Positions 1-9,922 of a DNA stretch of 64,000 bases are shown here, in pieces. The notes beneath the pieces are model-generated. The model was not told where the DNA came from. It did not search any database and worked only from the letters and a program-made list of their open reading frames with translations. Each line of letters starts with the position of its first letter. Position 1 is the stretch's first letter. Source of the DNA: a virus; the IMG/VR virus record IMGVR_UViG_3300028536_000016, positions 6,696-70,695 of that record. The stretch is one strand, 5' to 3'. The translations under genes were made by a program, and so were the position numbers.

Positions 1-2
1 CG

Positions 3-149
3 TTTTCGGAATGTCTGGCGCGCGGCGTCGAGGCTGAGCATTGGCCCGGCTACGCGGACACGCCTGCGCCGTGCGGACTTCCGGGCTACGAAGCGCGGCT
101 GATCGATGAAGGCGTGGACTTCAACGGTGTGGAGTATTCGCAGAAATGA
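3..149 (+). CDS. C-terminus of RecE/exonuclease VIII-like PD-(D/E)XK nuclease (5' partial)
   Basis: FSECLARGVEAEHWPGYADT resembles the C..WPGY end of RecE-like proteins; lies upstream of RecT. Confidence 0.65.
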   Translation, partial: FSECLARGVEAEHWPGYADTPAPCGLPGYEARLIDEGVDFNGVEYSQK

Positions 150-448
150 GCGCTGATAATTGGGCAGACTGCCCCCGCTGTCACCGTCGCCATGAGCGCG
201 AAGTGGAGCAGCTTCGCAAGGATGCCAACACTGCTTATGGCAACGTGCCACAAGAGCAGTGGCAACATCTTGACGCACTTGTCTCAAGCGCTGAAGCGCG
301 CGAGCCAGAAAGCACGCTGCGCGAGGATTATGAAATCTACGGTGCCGAAGAAGGATCGGTAAACGTCCGATACTCCGGACAGTGCCAAGTGTGCGGTCTC
401 TCGCTCACGTTTGAGCATGAGGCTGTTTTCGATGGCGTAGACGAATGA
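146..448 (+). CDS. Hypothetical Zn-binding protein
   Basis: CPRC and CQVC pairs; ATGA coupling. Confidence 0.7.
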   Translation: MSADNWADCPRCHRRHEREVEQLRKDANTAYGNVPQEQWQHLDALVSSAEAREPESTLREDYEIYGAEEGSVNVRYSGQCQVCGLSLTFEHEAVFDGVDE

Positions 449-738
449 CCTTCCGCCCGCGCCCCTATGATCCCGATCGGCCAGTGATCCAAACTGAAGC
501 ACAGCAACGCGCTGTCATGCGGAATTTCGGGATATTCAAATTGCGCGGGCTCTGGATATCGTGTTGCATGTTGTCTGAGCCGAACCGCAGTTTCGCGCAG
601 GCGGCGATCGATGCGGAATTAGTGAAACGTGGCGCGTTGACGCAAAATGATCATGCGCGCGAGACAGCGCGGAAGCGGTTGAAAAAACGCGAGCGAGAAA
701 GTGTCTTAGACGAAGACGGCTGGGACACCCCATTTTAA
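445..738 (+). CDS. Hypothetical phage protein
   Basis: Coupled ORF in operon. Confidence 0.65.
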   Translation: MTFRPRPYDPDRPVIQTEAQQRAVMRNFGIFKLRGLWISCCMLSEPNRSFAQAAIDAELVKRGALTQNDHARETARKRLKKRERESVLDEDGWDTPF

Positions 739-749
739 GGAGATGCATT

Positions 750-1682
750 ATGGCTACCAATTCCCCCGCTACAATTGAAGAAAGTCCTTTGAAACGTTTT
801 GATGCCCCCGTTCTGAAGGCCATGGAAAGCCAGAACATCGCCGCCGGTGTCAATCGCGCCATGTTCCAGCCGACCAACATGGGCGAGGCGATGGAATTAG
901 CTAAATTGATGGCATCCAGCAATTTCGTGCCGCCACATTTGCGTAATAAGGCTGGCGACTGTCTCGCGGTCGTTATGCAGGCAAGTCGTTGGGCCATGGA
1001 CGTTTTTAGTGTGGCTTCCAAGTCATACTTTGTTTCGGATCGCATCGCCTATGAAGCCCAGCTCGTCAACGCCGTCATCAATTCGAGCGGCGTTCTGGAT
1101 GGGCGCCTAAAATTCGACTGGCAGGGCGAAGGCAATGATCTGGTCGTGACCGTTTCGGGCAAGATCAAGGGTGAACCGGATATCAAGAAACGCCGTGTCG
1201 CGATCAAGAATATCACCACCCGCAACAGCCCATTGTGGAAGCAAGACCCCGAACAGCAGATCGGCTATTACGCCAGCCGCGCTTGGGTGCGCCTCCACGC
1301 GCCCGAGGTGCTGATGGGGGTCTATACTCCCGATGAAATCCAAAGCATCGGCATCAAGGGCGCAGCCAGCGAAGTGCGGGAACTCAAGAATGTTACGCAA
1401 ATGATAGAGGAACAGGCGCGCGAGGATGATGTCGTCTCTGACATACCCCACGATGCCGAGATCGGCGAAATCCTAGATGCGCAGGAAGGTGTCGGCGATG
1501 AAGAAATAGGCGAGGCCACTTCGCTCGAAACCGCGAAGCAGGTGATCGACGATTGCGGCGATGATATTATGAAGATCAACGCCAACGTCTCCGCATTGCG
1601 CAAGGAGTTGAGCGAGGCCGATGGTGACGCGCTGATTGAGCATGCGCATGAGGTCATCGCCGCAATCAAGGCGAAAGGGTGA
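750..1682 (+). CDS. recT: RecT-family single-strand annealing protein
   Basis: VPPHLRNKAGDCLAVVMQA, YEAQLVNAVI, RNSPLWKQDPEQQ, PEVLMGVYTPDE; strong RBS AAGGAG. Confidence 0.88.
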   Translation: MATNSPATIEESPLKRFDAPVLKAMESQNIAAGVNRAMFQPTNMGEAMELAKLMASSNFVPPHLRNKAGDCLAVVMQASRWAMDVFSVASKSYFVSDRIAYEAQLVNAVINSSGVLDGRLKFDWQGEGNDLVVTVSGKIKGEPDIKKRRVAIKNITTRNSPLWKQDPEQQIGYYASRAWVRLHAPEVLMGVYTPDEIQSIGIKGAASEVRELKNVTQMIEEQAREDDVVSDIPHDAEIGEILDAQEGVGDEEIGEATSLETAKQVIDDCGDDIMKINANVSALRKELSEADGDALIEHAHEVIAAIKAKG

Positions 1683-1942
1683 TGGTCTACCACGACGACA
1701 TCCCAATTGGCCCGGAGCCAATCCCGTTCGGCGCGATCATCACGCTGGTGGATGGAGAAATGGTCCGAGGTACTTACGCCAATATGCGAGGTGTCGCGAA
1801 CAGGCCTCGGTGGGCCGTATTCGAAGCGGCCTATGAGCCGGGAACACGCGGCAAATTCCAGAGCGAAGGATATGTCCTCGCGATCCTGCCGGACGGATCG
1901 AACACGATGATGGTCAATTTGCGTGGAGGGCGGATCGAATGA
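1679..1942 (+). CDS. Hypothetical protein
   Basis: Coupled ORF. Confidence 0.6.
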   Translation: MMVYHDDIPIGPEPIPFGAIITLVDGEMVRGTYANMRGVANRPRWAVFEAAYEPGTRGKFQSEGYVLAILPDGSNTMMVNLRGGRIE

Positions 1943-2187
1943 GCGCCCTCCTAGCCCACGCCAAAGCCGCGCGGATCATGGGCGACGCATTCGGCACAGA
2001 GGCTGGCGAATGTGGCAATGAAGCCCACGCGCTGCTGCTCGCGCGTCTCTCCAGAGCCTACCTCCGCGCATCTAGCGATATGATGGTGGTGATTATCGCG
2101 GAGGCAGCGGCGATGGATGCGCCCTGTTCGCTGAGTCATGATGTCGGCAAGGGGACGAAGTGTCCGGGGTGTGGGGTGGTGCGGTAA
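1939..2187 (+). CDS. Hypothetical protein
   Basis: Coupled ORF with RBS GGAGGG. Confidence 0.6.
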   Translation: MSALLAHAKAARIMGDAFGTEAGECGNEAHALLLARLSRAYLRASSDMMVVIIAEAAAMDAPCSLSHDVGKGTKCPGCGVVR

Positions 2188-3012
2188 ATGGCTGAGGAAA
2201 CAGGTATTGGGTGGTGCGACAGCACCGCAAATTTATGGTGGGGATGCACGAAACTGACAGCGGCATGTGACAATTGCTATGCAGAATCGCTCGTCACCAC
2301 GCGGCTAGGCGGAGAATGGGGACCGCACGCAGATCGCCATAGGGTTAAAGCCGGATGGCTGCTTTTGGAGAAATTCCAGCGCGCCGCCGAAAAGAATGGC
2401 GGCATCGATCCGAAGCTTGGTCGCCGTCGCCGCATATTCATCAACAGCCTATCGGACGTAGGCGACAATCACCACTCAATCGATTCATGGCGCGATGAAG
2501 CATGGGCCGCGATGGAGCGAGCTACGCACTTGGATTTGATCCTCGTGACTAAGCGCCCACAGAATCTTCCGAAGCTCGTTCCGCCATCTTGGCTGACTAA
2601 TTGGCCGAAGCATATCTGGCTGCTTACCACGACTGAAAACCAAGAGGAATTTGACCGACGCGTGCCATGGCTCATGTGGCTGAAGGCAATGGCCGGCGTT
2701 GCTATCATCGGCGTGTCGGCTGAGCCTCTTCTCGGTCCGATTGATCCAGCGCGCGGAATGCTTACGCTTGATATTGCGGCTGGCATTTTGTCGATTGGCA
2801 AATTCTCTCCCGGCCTTGAAAAGCTTAGATGCTTGGATTGGTGGATTGCTGGTTACGAAAGCGGTGGATCCAAGGCGCGGCACGGCGATCTCGACTGGTC
2901 GAGGCATCATCGTGATATCTGCGCGCAGAGCGAGACGGCGTTCTTTTTCAAGCAGACGCGTAACAAAGGCCCGATCCCAGATGATCTGATGGTGCAGGAG
3001 TTTCCAGCGTGA
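2188..3012 (+). CDS. DUF5131 / phage Gp37-Gp68 family radical-SAM-like protein
   Basis: TGIGWCDSTAN..GCTK...CDNCYA, LVTKRPQN, VSAEPLLG, ESG, FFFKQ motifs. Confidence 0.9.
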   Translation: MAEETGIGWCDSTANLWWGCTKLTAACDNCYAESLVTTRLGGEWGPHADRHRVKAGWLLLEKFQRAAEKNGGIDPKLGRRRRIFINSLSDVGDNHHSIDSWRDEAWAAMERATHLDLILVTKRPQNLPKLVPPSWLTNWPKHIWLLTTTENQEEFDRRVPWLMWLKAMAGVAIIGVSAEPLLGPIDPARGMLTLDIAAGILSIGKFSPGLEKLRCLDWWIAGYESGGSKARHGDLDWSRHHRDICAQSETAFFFKQTRNKGPIPDDLMVQEFPA

Positions 3013-3314
3013 CTGAGAATCGCCCCCGCATCTCCCCCGAGCAATTCGCCACCCTCCCCGAAAACGTCCGCCGCTACATCATGATGATCGAGACGAACTG
3101 CGATCCCAGCGGCACGATTCGCAGTGCGATGCAGTTGCGCGATACCGTGGAGGCGATGGGGTTGCGGATGGGTGAGATGCGGGCCGAAATGCTGGCGATC
3201 GTCCATAAGGCCGCGCGCATGTCCGGCTCACCTGATGACAGTCCAGCCTATGGATTCGGCTGGGTTTCCGCTTGTGAGTATATCGCTTCAAAGCTAACCG
3301 CGAAGGAGGACTGA
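3009..3314 (+). CDS. Hypothetical protein
   Basis: Coupled ORF. Confidence 0.6.
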   Translation: MTENRPRISPEQFATLPENVRRYIMMIETNCDPSGTIRSAMQLRDTVEAMGLRMGEMRAEMLAIVHKAARMSGSPDDSPAYGFGWVSACEYIASKLTAKED

Positions 3315-3315
3315 G

Positions 3316-3465
3316 ATGCCCCACTGGCTCTACAATCTGCTGAAGCCGAAGCCGAAGATCAATCGCGCTAAGCCGGGGCCTCAGAGGCGTGCGGCGGAGC
3401 ATGCCAAGATGATCGAGAAGACGCGTCAGCTCCGATATGAACTCGGGCTTGGGTGGAAATTGTGA
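3316..3465 (+). CDS. Small basic protein (49 aa)
   Basis: RBS AGGAGG then ATG; MPHWLYNLLKPKPK... Confidence 0.55.
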   Translation: MPHWLYNLLKPKPKINRAKPGPQRRAAEHAKMIEKTRQLRYELGLGWKL

Positions 3466-3695
3466 AAACTCCCCTGATCTACAACATGGATGGCCTCGTG
3501 TGCCTTCAACAGCGCATCTCCGAACTGCTAGCCGACAATCGCCCAGACAACACCGGCTTGGACGATGGCCCCTATCTGCCGGGCCAAGCGCCTCGCAAGC
3601 GGCCGGTGCCGAAGTCATCCGAGGAGGTGACCGACATCCGAGCGCGAGCCTGGATTACGCGACGGGCGAAGTATGGCGATGGCGGCCATCGGTGA
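3453..3695 (+). CDS. Hypothetical protein
   Basis: C-terminal RARAWITRRAKYG motif common in phage proteins. Confidence 0.6.
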   Translation: MEIVKTPLIYNMDGLVCLQQRISELLADNRPDNTGLDDGPYLPGQAPRKRPVPKSSEEVTDIRARAWITRRAKYGDGGHR

Positions 3696-3852
3696 GCTAT
3701 CTCATAACGGCGCGGAAAGGCTGCGATGGCGTTCATCTCGCCAAGCTCGGTCATTACGGTAATATCCCTTTTCCATCCGATGCGGATGCTGTGCGGGCCG
3801 CCAAACGAGAGGGCGGCGATAACATTGTGATCGAGCGGGAGATGCTGCGGCG

Positions 3853-4251
3853 ATGAATCCGACTAGCAGCCAATTACGCCAGATGCGTCGTGATAATCTT
3901 TCATATCCTTCAACATTGCGTCCGATTGATCCGGCAATATGGCCGCACGATGGCGAGATGAGAATTGCTGTTTTTCGATCGCGCACATTTTTGGTTCAAG
4001 TGTTTGAACAAAATGGGATGATTCGCTTATCAGCCAATCGTACCGAATGGGATGAACGTCAAAAACGTTGGCGCGAAGATATCACATGGGACGATTTGCA
4101 GCGCCTTAAAGGAGAGGCCGGCTATGCTGATCATGTTGCTGTCGAAACGTTTCCGCCTGATAATCTAGTCGTGAACGTCGCTAATATGCGGCATCTCTGG
4201 ATTTTCCCAATAGGAGAATTACCAGCATTCGTTTGGAAGAATGGTGCGTAA
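3853..4251 (+). CDS. Conserved phage protein (ITWDDLQRLK...VVNVANMRHLW family)
   Basis: Recognisable conserved motif. Confidence 0.75.
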   Translation: MNPTSSQLRQMRRDNLSYPSTLRPIDPAIWPHDGEMRIAVFRSRTFLVQVFEQNGMIRLSANRTEWDERQKRWREDITWDDLQRLKGEAGYADHVAVETFPPDNLVVNVANMRHLWIFPIGELPAFVWKNGA

Positions 4252-4482
4252 GGTCCATTGCGCTGTTGCCCGTTGCCCGAGATGGCATCACGAAGATACG
4301 ATAATCCGTTGGTGGGGATCGGCCAGCTATCAATTCATATGCCGCTATTGTTGGCGTCGTCTCACCAAGGCCGAGCGCGCAGTATGGTCGCGCATCCGGC
4401 GTCAAAGCAAAAAGTGGGGAGACGGCGCTGTGGCAGAGCGTCGGCATAAGGTGTTCGCGGCATTCGTTCGGAGGCTGTCAGA

Positions 4483-4908
4483 ATGATCCGCCTACTCGTC
4501 ACGGGAGGCCGAGACTTCACCGATGCCGCCTTGGTCGAGCGCGTTCTGTCAGCCGTCCATCGCAAGCATGGAATCGCAGTGCTGATCGAGGGCGGCCAGA
4601 TCAGCTATGATCGCAAGACCGGTGATCGCTGGGGCGCGGACTGGCTCTGCCGGCAATGGGCCGAATGCAATGGCATCGAGGTCGAGACCTACGAAGCGGA
4701 TTGGAACGACATTGAGGCTCCCGGTGCGGTAGTGTTGTTCACGCGATCGGGCGCACCTTACAACGCTGCGGCTGGGCCAGCTCGCAATGCGCGGATGTTG
4801 GCGGAGGGGCAACCAGATTTCGCGGTTGGATTTCCGGGAGGCTCTGGGACTGCCGATATGTGCCGACGCTGCATAGAGGCTGGGGTTCAGGTTTGGAGGG
4901 TATCGTAA
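4483..4908 (+). CDS. SLOG/YspA-like (DUF2493) nucleotide-binding protein
   Basis: LLVTGGRDF, GAD, AAGPARNARML, FPGGSGTADM. Confidence 0.9.
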   Translation: MIRLLVTGGRDFTDAALVERVLSAVHRKHGIAVLIEGGQISYDRKTGDRWGADWLCRQWAECNGIEVETYEADWNDIEAPGAVVLFTRSGAPYNAAAGPARNARMLAEGQPDFAVGFPGGSGTADMCRRCIEAGVQVWRVS

Positions 4909-5168
4909 AGACCCGCGAGATTGACCTTCGCCATGACGCCGATCCCGTCCGCTTCGGAACGGCGATGCTGGCGTGCGAGGGCTATGCGCCAGATTGTTCC
5001 TATCATGGGCGATGCATGAATGGTGGATCATGTTTTGCATCACCGCCGAATCTGGTTGCGGCTCGCATGGTGCAGGCAATTATTCCCACCGATGGCCGTG
5101 CCGGGCAGCATCTGGCATATCTTAAGCGAGTAGCCGAGATGCTACGCGCAGGCGAGATCCATATTTGA
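4860..5168 (+). CDS. Hypothetical Cys-rich protein (start uncertain)
   Basis: ORF fills operon gap. Confidence 0.5.
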   Translation: MPTLHRGWGSGLEGIVKTREIDLRHDADPVRFGTAMLACEGYAPDCSYHGRCMNGGSCFASPPNLVAARMVQAIIPTDGRAGQHLAYLKRVAEMLRAGEIHI

Positions 5169-5205
5169 TCCGCTAATAATAATCTGCCCGTCGCGCATTA
5201 TCCGC

Positions 5206-5243
5206 TTGCTGTCCGTTGGGCGTTGTGTATTATCGCCCCAACG
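5206..5243 (+). promoter_or_regulatory. Putative sigma70 promoter overlapped by imperfect inverted repeat
   Basis: TTGCTG-16-TATTAT; CGTTGGGCG ... CGCCCCAACG. Confidence 0.5.
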
Positions 5244-5284
5244 CCTGATCCGCATAGGATGGGTGGCCGCCAAGGAGATTGACG

Positions 5285-5395
5285 ATGATCAATTGGAATG
5301 ATCCGCTCCCATTTTTGATAGTGGGATCCATCTTTCTGATGGGCGGATCAACATGCCTTACGATCGGGTTCATCATCATGCAGAAGATTGCATGA
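5285..5395 (+). CDS. Small membrane peptide (36 aa)
   Basis: RBS AAGGAG; MINWNDPLPFLIVGSIFLMGGSTCLTIGFIIMQKIA. Confidence 0.55.
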   Translation: MINWNDPLPFLIVGSIFLMGGSTCLTIGFIIMQKIA

Positions 5396-5426
5396 TGGAC
5401 CGCATGTTCGTCGAAGAGGCATTCTA

Positions 5427-5633
5427 ATGGACAAATATCGCGAAATGGCCCGCAAGCTGGATCTTGACGCCGATGCGCTTAACGCTCGCGCGGATGGCTA
5501 CAGGATGGCGGGAAGCCGCGATCTCGCCCTTAGCGCCATACTGGCCAGTAAGTTAGTTCGGCAGGCTGCTGATCAATTGCGCGCCATGCGGGATGCCGAG
5601 GAATTGGCTCAAAGGATTGGGGAATTGTTGTGA
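5427..5633 (+). CDS. Hypothetical protein
   Basis: Coupled ORF. Confidence 0.55.
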   Translation: MDKYREMARKLDLDADALNARADGYRMAGSRDLALSAILASKLVRQAADQLRAMRDAEELAQRIGELL

Positions 5634-5884
5634 CGATCGATTGGGAAGCCAGCAACATGCTGGATAGGCTATCCGCGAAGGAGCGCAATGCACTCCGCCA
5701 GCTCCGCGAGGACGGCAAGGGCAACTACGACCCAAGCCTGACGCGAGCGCGCAATAGTCTCGCCAAAAAGGGTTTAGCGGATAGCCCGATGGCGCTTGGG
5801 TTTGGTCGCACCATGATGGCGTGTGTCCAGCATCCGACTGAACTTGGCGTTCGGGTTCAGCATCTTCTGGGGAGTGCGTCGTGA
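5630..5884 (+). CDS. Hypothetical winged-helix-like protein
   Basis: LSAKERNAL...SLAKKGL...TELG pattern. Confidence 0.55.
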   Translation: MTIDWEASNMLDRLSAKERNALRQLREDGKGNYDPSLTRARNSLAKKGLADSPMALGFGRTMMACVQHPTELGVRVQHLLGSAS

Positions 5885-6324
5885 GCGATCTATATCACCA
5901 GATAGCCGCCGAAGGCAGGACAACGATCGCGATCGATACTGCCCATAATAATGGCCACAGCAACGCGATATCGGCTGCACTTGGCCATCTCGAAAAGCTC
6001 GGAATCGTCGAGAGCAAGTTCGTGCTGCACCAGGATTTGGTAGAGCGGATGGTGGAACTGGTCCGCGACCTTCATGCCGATCACGTCAAGCATGGCTCGC
6101 ATGACTACGTGCAGGACTTCGTATTGCGTACGGCTGCGATCGTGGCTGAATTGCCCAACCCAGTCGATCCCGATCTGATCGAGGCGCGGAAGGTGGCTGC
6201 CGAGACATTCTATCGCGGCGTGACCGATGATGTGCTTGCCGGCGAATATGATGACAAAGGCCGTGTCGTGAAGTGCTGTCTCGCTGGCATCAAGCGTGGT
6301 CGTGAGCTGGAGCACCAGTCATGA
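5881..6324 (+). CDS. Hypothetical protein
   Basis: Coupled ORF. Confidence 0.65.
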   Translation: MSDLYHQIAAEGRTTIAIDTAHNNGHSNAISAALGHLEKLGIVESKFVLHQDLVERMVELVRDLHADHVKHGSHDYVQDFVLRTAAIVAELPNPVDPDLIEARKVAAETFYRGVTDDVLAGEYDDKGRVVKCCLAGIKRGRELEHQS

Positions 6325-6635
6325 CCGAGCGAACCCTATCCACGATCCTGATCTGGCACGATAGCGCGGGCAATGAGTGCGAGGCTGGCGCCAAGGTCGT
6401 CTACGCCATTCACAAAGGTTCGCCGCAGACGATGGTCGATCCAGCCTGCCCGGATATGGTGGAAATCATCAGCATCTCGCCGACAGGGATCGACGGCGAT
6501 ATCCCAGACCACTTCCTTGAGGACGATGAACTGCTTGAGGAATGCTATCAGGACTATCTCTACGATAAAATCCTAGCAGCCGAATATCGGGCCGAGCAGC
6601 GTGCGGAGATGCTCCGCGAAGATAAGGGATATTGA
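6321..6635 (+). CDS. Hypothetical acidic protein
   Basis: Coupled ORF. Confidence 0.65.
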   Translation: MTERTLSTILIWHDSAGNECEAGAKVVYAIHKGSPQTMVDPACPDMVEIISISPTGIDGDIPDHFLEDDELLEECYQDYLYDKILAAEYRAEQRAEMLREDKGY

Positions 6636-6759
6636 CCATGCACATCATCTACGAACTTGGCTTTGTCGCCGTTGGCCTATTCGCCATCGCGGTTTTGGCA
6701 TGGGAACTTTACCAGCATGGCGATGAGATCGCCGATGCGATTCGGCGGGGTATCGAGCT

Positions 6760-6975
6760 TTGACCCACGAGAAAAATCACGACACGGCCACGATCACGCA
6801 AGCGGCGCTCAGTGCGACGGGCTTGCGACGTCAGCCGATGGCGAAGCTGATCCATGTGGGACTGCGGACGCTGGACGCTTGGCTGTCGGGTGAGAAGCGG
6901 CCTCCGAGGATCGCCGTTATGGTGCTGAATGAGGTCACCGATGGGTGGCGGCCTGGGCGGGAGGATCCGAAATGA
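6760..6975 (+). CDS. XRE-type helix-turn-helix protein
   Basis: GLRRQPMAKLIHVGLRTLDAWLSGEKRPP. Confidence 0.7.
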   Translation: MTHEKNHDTATITQAALSATGLRRQPMAKLIHVGLRTLDAWLSGEKRPPRIAVMVLNEVTDGWRPGREDPK

Positions 6976-7350
6976 CCACCCCAGAGGCGGGCGCAGCGAT
7001 GGCGGGACTCGCTGAGCAGGTCGAGATCGAAATGATAAGTCTGGCACACAGGGCCATAAACGAGCCTGTCGGTGAGTATAGCACGCTCTTTAGAAAGGCG
7101 GCATCGGAATGGGCGATAATCTCGCTAGCCCTCCGCGCCCGCGCCGGAAAGGGCGTGTGATGGCAAATGATCATCTTCGGAAATACGTCCAGTATATCCA
7201 CAACACCGGGCAATCACTGCTCCCGATCGAGGCCTTTGACGATGATTGGGAACCGGTCGGGCCAACTGTCCGCCGTGACCTCGTTGCGGCCGGGCTGATC
7301 ATCGAAACATATGGGCATGTGGCGCTGCACGACAAAGGGATCGCGCTGCT

Positions 7351-7686
7351 ATGACTGATAGCTGCGTCTCCGCACCCGTCATTAGGACCGCAAAGAAGGT
7401 TCACCGCTGCGTCAATGCGAGAGCCCACGCGGCCGGTAATGCGCCCAACTGCCATGTAGTCATCCAACGTGATGATCGATACGAACAGGGCGATTGCGAT
7501 CCATACGCAGCGGGTGGCTTTGGCCATGAGTACATATGCGCCGGGTGCAGCGATGCGGTTAAGTCGGAGGTCGGTAAGACCGTTGGCGGCTGTCACGTCT
7601 GTGGACAGCAGCACGGCACTAACCACTATTTCAAGACGTGCCTTCCGAGACACAAGGCAGCTCTCAATCAGGCAGGTGCCGCATGA
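7351..7686 (+). CDS. Cys/His-rich Zn-finger protein
   Basis: TAKKVHRC, CAGC, CHVC. Confidence 0.6.
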   Translation: MTDSCVSAPVIRTAKKVHRCVNARAHAAGNAPNCHVVIQRDDRYEQGDCDPYAAGGFGHEYICAGCSDAVKSEVGKTVGGCHVCGQQHGTNHYFKTCLPRHKAALNQAGAA

Positions 7687-8072
7687 ATACCGCCAAGCTG
7701 CGCGAGCTTCTGGAGGGATGCGAGCCCCTCCTGTCGGGCAACCTCGCCAACCATCCGGTTCGTGGCGACAGCGGGCACCGCATTGTTGGGTTTAAAGTGC
7801 CGGCGGATGTCGCTGGCCTGAGCGACGGCCTATTCATGGCGGATAGGTTGCGGGACATCGCGGTCGCATTGCCCGCCCTGCTCGATGAGGTGGAGCGGCA
7901 AGCGGGGCGGATCGAAGAGCTTGAGATGGAAGCCCGTGTCTTCGACGAAGAACACGTCGACCAAAATCGCATGGTCGATCGCATCGCCGACCTGATCGGC
8001 ATCCCGCACGATCAGGAGCTCACTTCAACGGCTTTCGAGATTTGGTTTAGCGCCCTTGGAGATAAATCATGA
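7683..8072 (+). CDS. Ead/Ea22-like protein
   Basis: LPALLDEVERQ..RIEELE motif. Confidence 0.6.
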   Translation: MNTAKLRELLEGCEPLLSGNLANHPVRGDSGHRIVGFKVPADVAGLSDGLFMADRLRDIAVALPALLDEVERQAGRIEELEMEARVFDEEHVDQNRMVDRIADLIGIPHDQELTSTAFEIWFSALGDKS

Positions 8073-8608
8073 CCGACGTGAATGTTGAGCAGGCACACAA
8101 CCTCGCTGGCTATATTGAACAACTAGGCATCCCCAAAACACTTGAAGATGCTATCCGCGAGCGGGATGCGTGGGTTGAAACCGCCACGCAGTTCAGCCGC
8201 AACGAAGAATATTACACAGGCTTACTCGACAAGATCGCTGCATCATTGGGCTCTGATGCTTACACATCTGACGATGGCAGCGTGTATGAAGATCCGGTTC
8301 GGGCTAAACTTCCAGAACTGATAGCCCACCGCCTCACCGCGCTATCGTCGGCATCCGGTGACGTGGTGGCGTGGCAATCGATCGAGACCGCGCCCCGAGA
8401 TGGCACGCTCATTGTTGGCCTTGACCGCACCGCTGCAAACACGGCGTGGATGTATCCTTTCGTGATGCAATGGGATCGAATGCATTGGCACTGGAATGAT
8501 GGCCTTCAATGGAAACGGTGGCCTGGGGACGGGCCGTTCGTTTGGGCGCCGATACCGTTGCTGCCGACATCCGCTCTCGCCGCCTCGGCGCGGGAGGTGA
8601 AGGCGTGA
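8069..8608 (+). CDS. Phage protein with C-terminal DUF551-like domain
   Basis: WQSIETAPRDGT...WAPIP. Confidence 0.75.
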   Translation: MTDVNVEQAHNLAGYIEQLGIPKTLEDAIRERDAWVETATQFSRNEEYYTGLLDKIAASLGSDAYTSDDGSVYEDPVRAKLPELIAHRLTALSSASGDVVAWQSIETAPRDGTLIVGLDRTAANTAWMYPFVMQWDRMHWHWNDGLQWKRWPGDGPFVWAPIPLLPTSALAASAREVKA

Positions 8609-9381
8609 GCGTTCCAAATCTCATAGAGCGTGACGCTGACGGCGTGGGCCATGTTGTCGCCCTGTCTGGCGGTGACGATAGCTCATGCTTGGCTGTGAAG
8701 CTTCAGCAGGTTGAGCCGCGCCCATATACCTACGTCTGCACGCCAACCGGGGACGAGCTTCCCGAAATGTTCGACCATTGGCGCGAGCTGGGCGATCGGC
8801 TTGGCAAGCGTATTACGCCAGTGATCACGAATACCCTGTCAGCGCTGATCCGGCAGGAGGGAATGCTTCCCAACTTTCGGGCACGGTTCTGCACCCGCAA
8901 GCTTAAAATCGAGCCCTATAAGGCGTGGCTCTCTCGCCAAGCGGCACACGGTCCGATTGTGTCCTATGTCGGCCTTCGTGCGGATGAGCCCGGCAGAGCG
9001 GGCGGCGCATATGACGATATTCCGGGCGTTACCATGCGCTTCCCCTTGCGAGAATGGGGCATGAACGACCCGATGGTTCACGCATTCAACGCAGAAAACG
9101 GAATAACCATTCCGCGCCGAACGGACTGCGCGCGTTGCTACCACCAGCGCATCGGCGAGTGGTTCGAACTGTGGAGGGATCACCGTGATATCTTCATGGA
9201 CGCCGTGTCGGATGAAACCGAGTTCGGCCACACGTATCGGACGCCCGGTCGTGATAGCTGGCCCACTGGATTGGCGGACCTGCATTACGCTTTCGACGAG
9301 GGCCGCGTGCCGACTACTAGCCTTAATCGACTAACCCGTGAACGCATGGAGGCCGGCGGTTGCCGGGTATGCTCGCTATGA
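8605..9381 (+). CDS. PAPS-reductase-like PP-loop protein
   Basis: VVALSGGDDS, TPTGDELP, RFCTRKLKI, VGLRADE, RTDCARC, terminal CRVC. Confidence 0.85.
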   Translation: MSVPNLIERDADGVGHVVALSGGDDSSCLAVKLQQVEPRPYTYVCTPTGDELPEMFDHWRELGDRLGKRITPVITNTLSALIRQEGMLPNFRARFCTRKLKIEPYKAWLSRQAAHGPIVSYVGLRADEPGRAGGAYDDIPGVTMRFPLREWGMNDPMVHAFNAENGITIPRRTDCARCYHQRIGEWFELWRDHRDIFMDAVSDETEFGHTYRTPGRDSWPTGLADLHYAFDEGRVPTTSLNRLTRERMEAGGCRVCSL

Positions 9382-9596
9382 ACGACACGCCATCAACGCC
9401 TCACCAACCGCGCCAGCGGGTCCGCTGCGTTTTCGCTGACGAACGCGAAGGCGTCGTGATCGAAAGCAACTCGCGCAGTACCCTCATTGAGTTCGAAGAT
9501 GAAGAAGGCGGGAAATCCTACACGCACCAAAAATGGCTCCCCACGCGGCATTGGGTGGCAATTCCCGCCATCAATCAAAACGAGGGCGGGAAATGA
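9378..9596 (+). CDS. Hypothetical SH3-like small protein
   Basis: Coupled ORF. Confidence 0.55.
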   Translation: MNDTPSTPHQPRQRVRCVFADEREGVVIESNSRSTLIEFEDEEGGKSYTHQKWLPTRHWVAIPAINQNEGGK

Positions 9597-9922
9597 TCCG
9601 CAAGGAGTGCCCTAGCTATCAGATCAGCATCTTCATCGCTGGCGATCCATGGAAAGCGCAGCAGGTATGCCGCGAGTATTGTGATGACATTGGCTTTTGC
9701 ATCACGGTAACAGAGTCGACCTACGTTTATCGAGGGGATGACGAGATCGGCGTAATTGTCGGCGTCATCAACTATCCGCGCTTCCCGATGAGCCCAGAAG
9801 GCTTGTTCGGACATGCGTCTCTTATCGCCGGTAGATTGCGTGAGGCCTTGGGCCAAGACAGCTACACCATCCAAACGCCCGATAAGACCGTCTGGATTAG
9901 CTACCGGGAGCAAGACGCATGA
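9593..9922 (+). CDS. Conserved phage protein (INYPRFP family)
   Basis: YVYRG..E.GV..GVINYPRFP motif. Confidence 0.75.
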   Translation: MIRKECPSYQISIFIAGDPWKAQQVCREYCDDIGFCITVTESTYVYRGDDEIGVIVGVINYPRFPMSPEGLFGHASLIAGRLREALGQDSYTIQTPDKTVWISYREQDA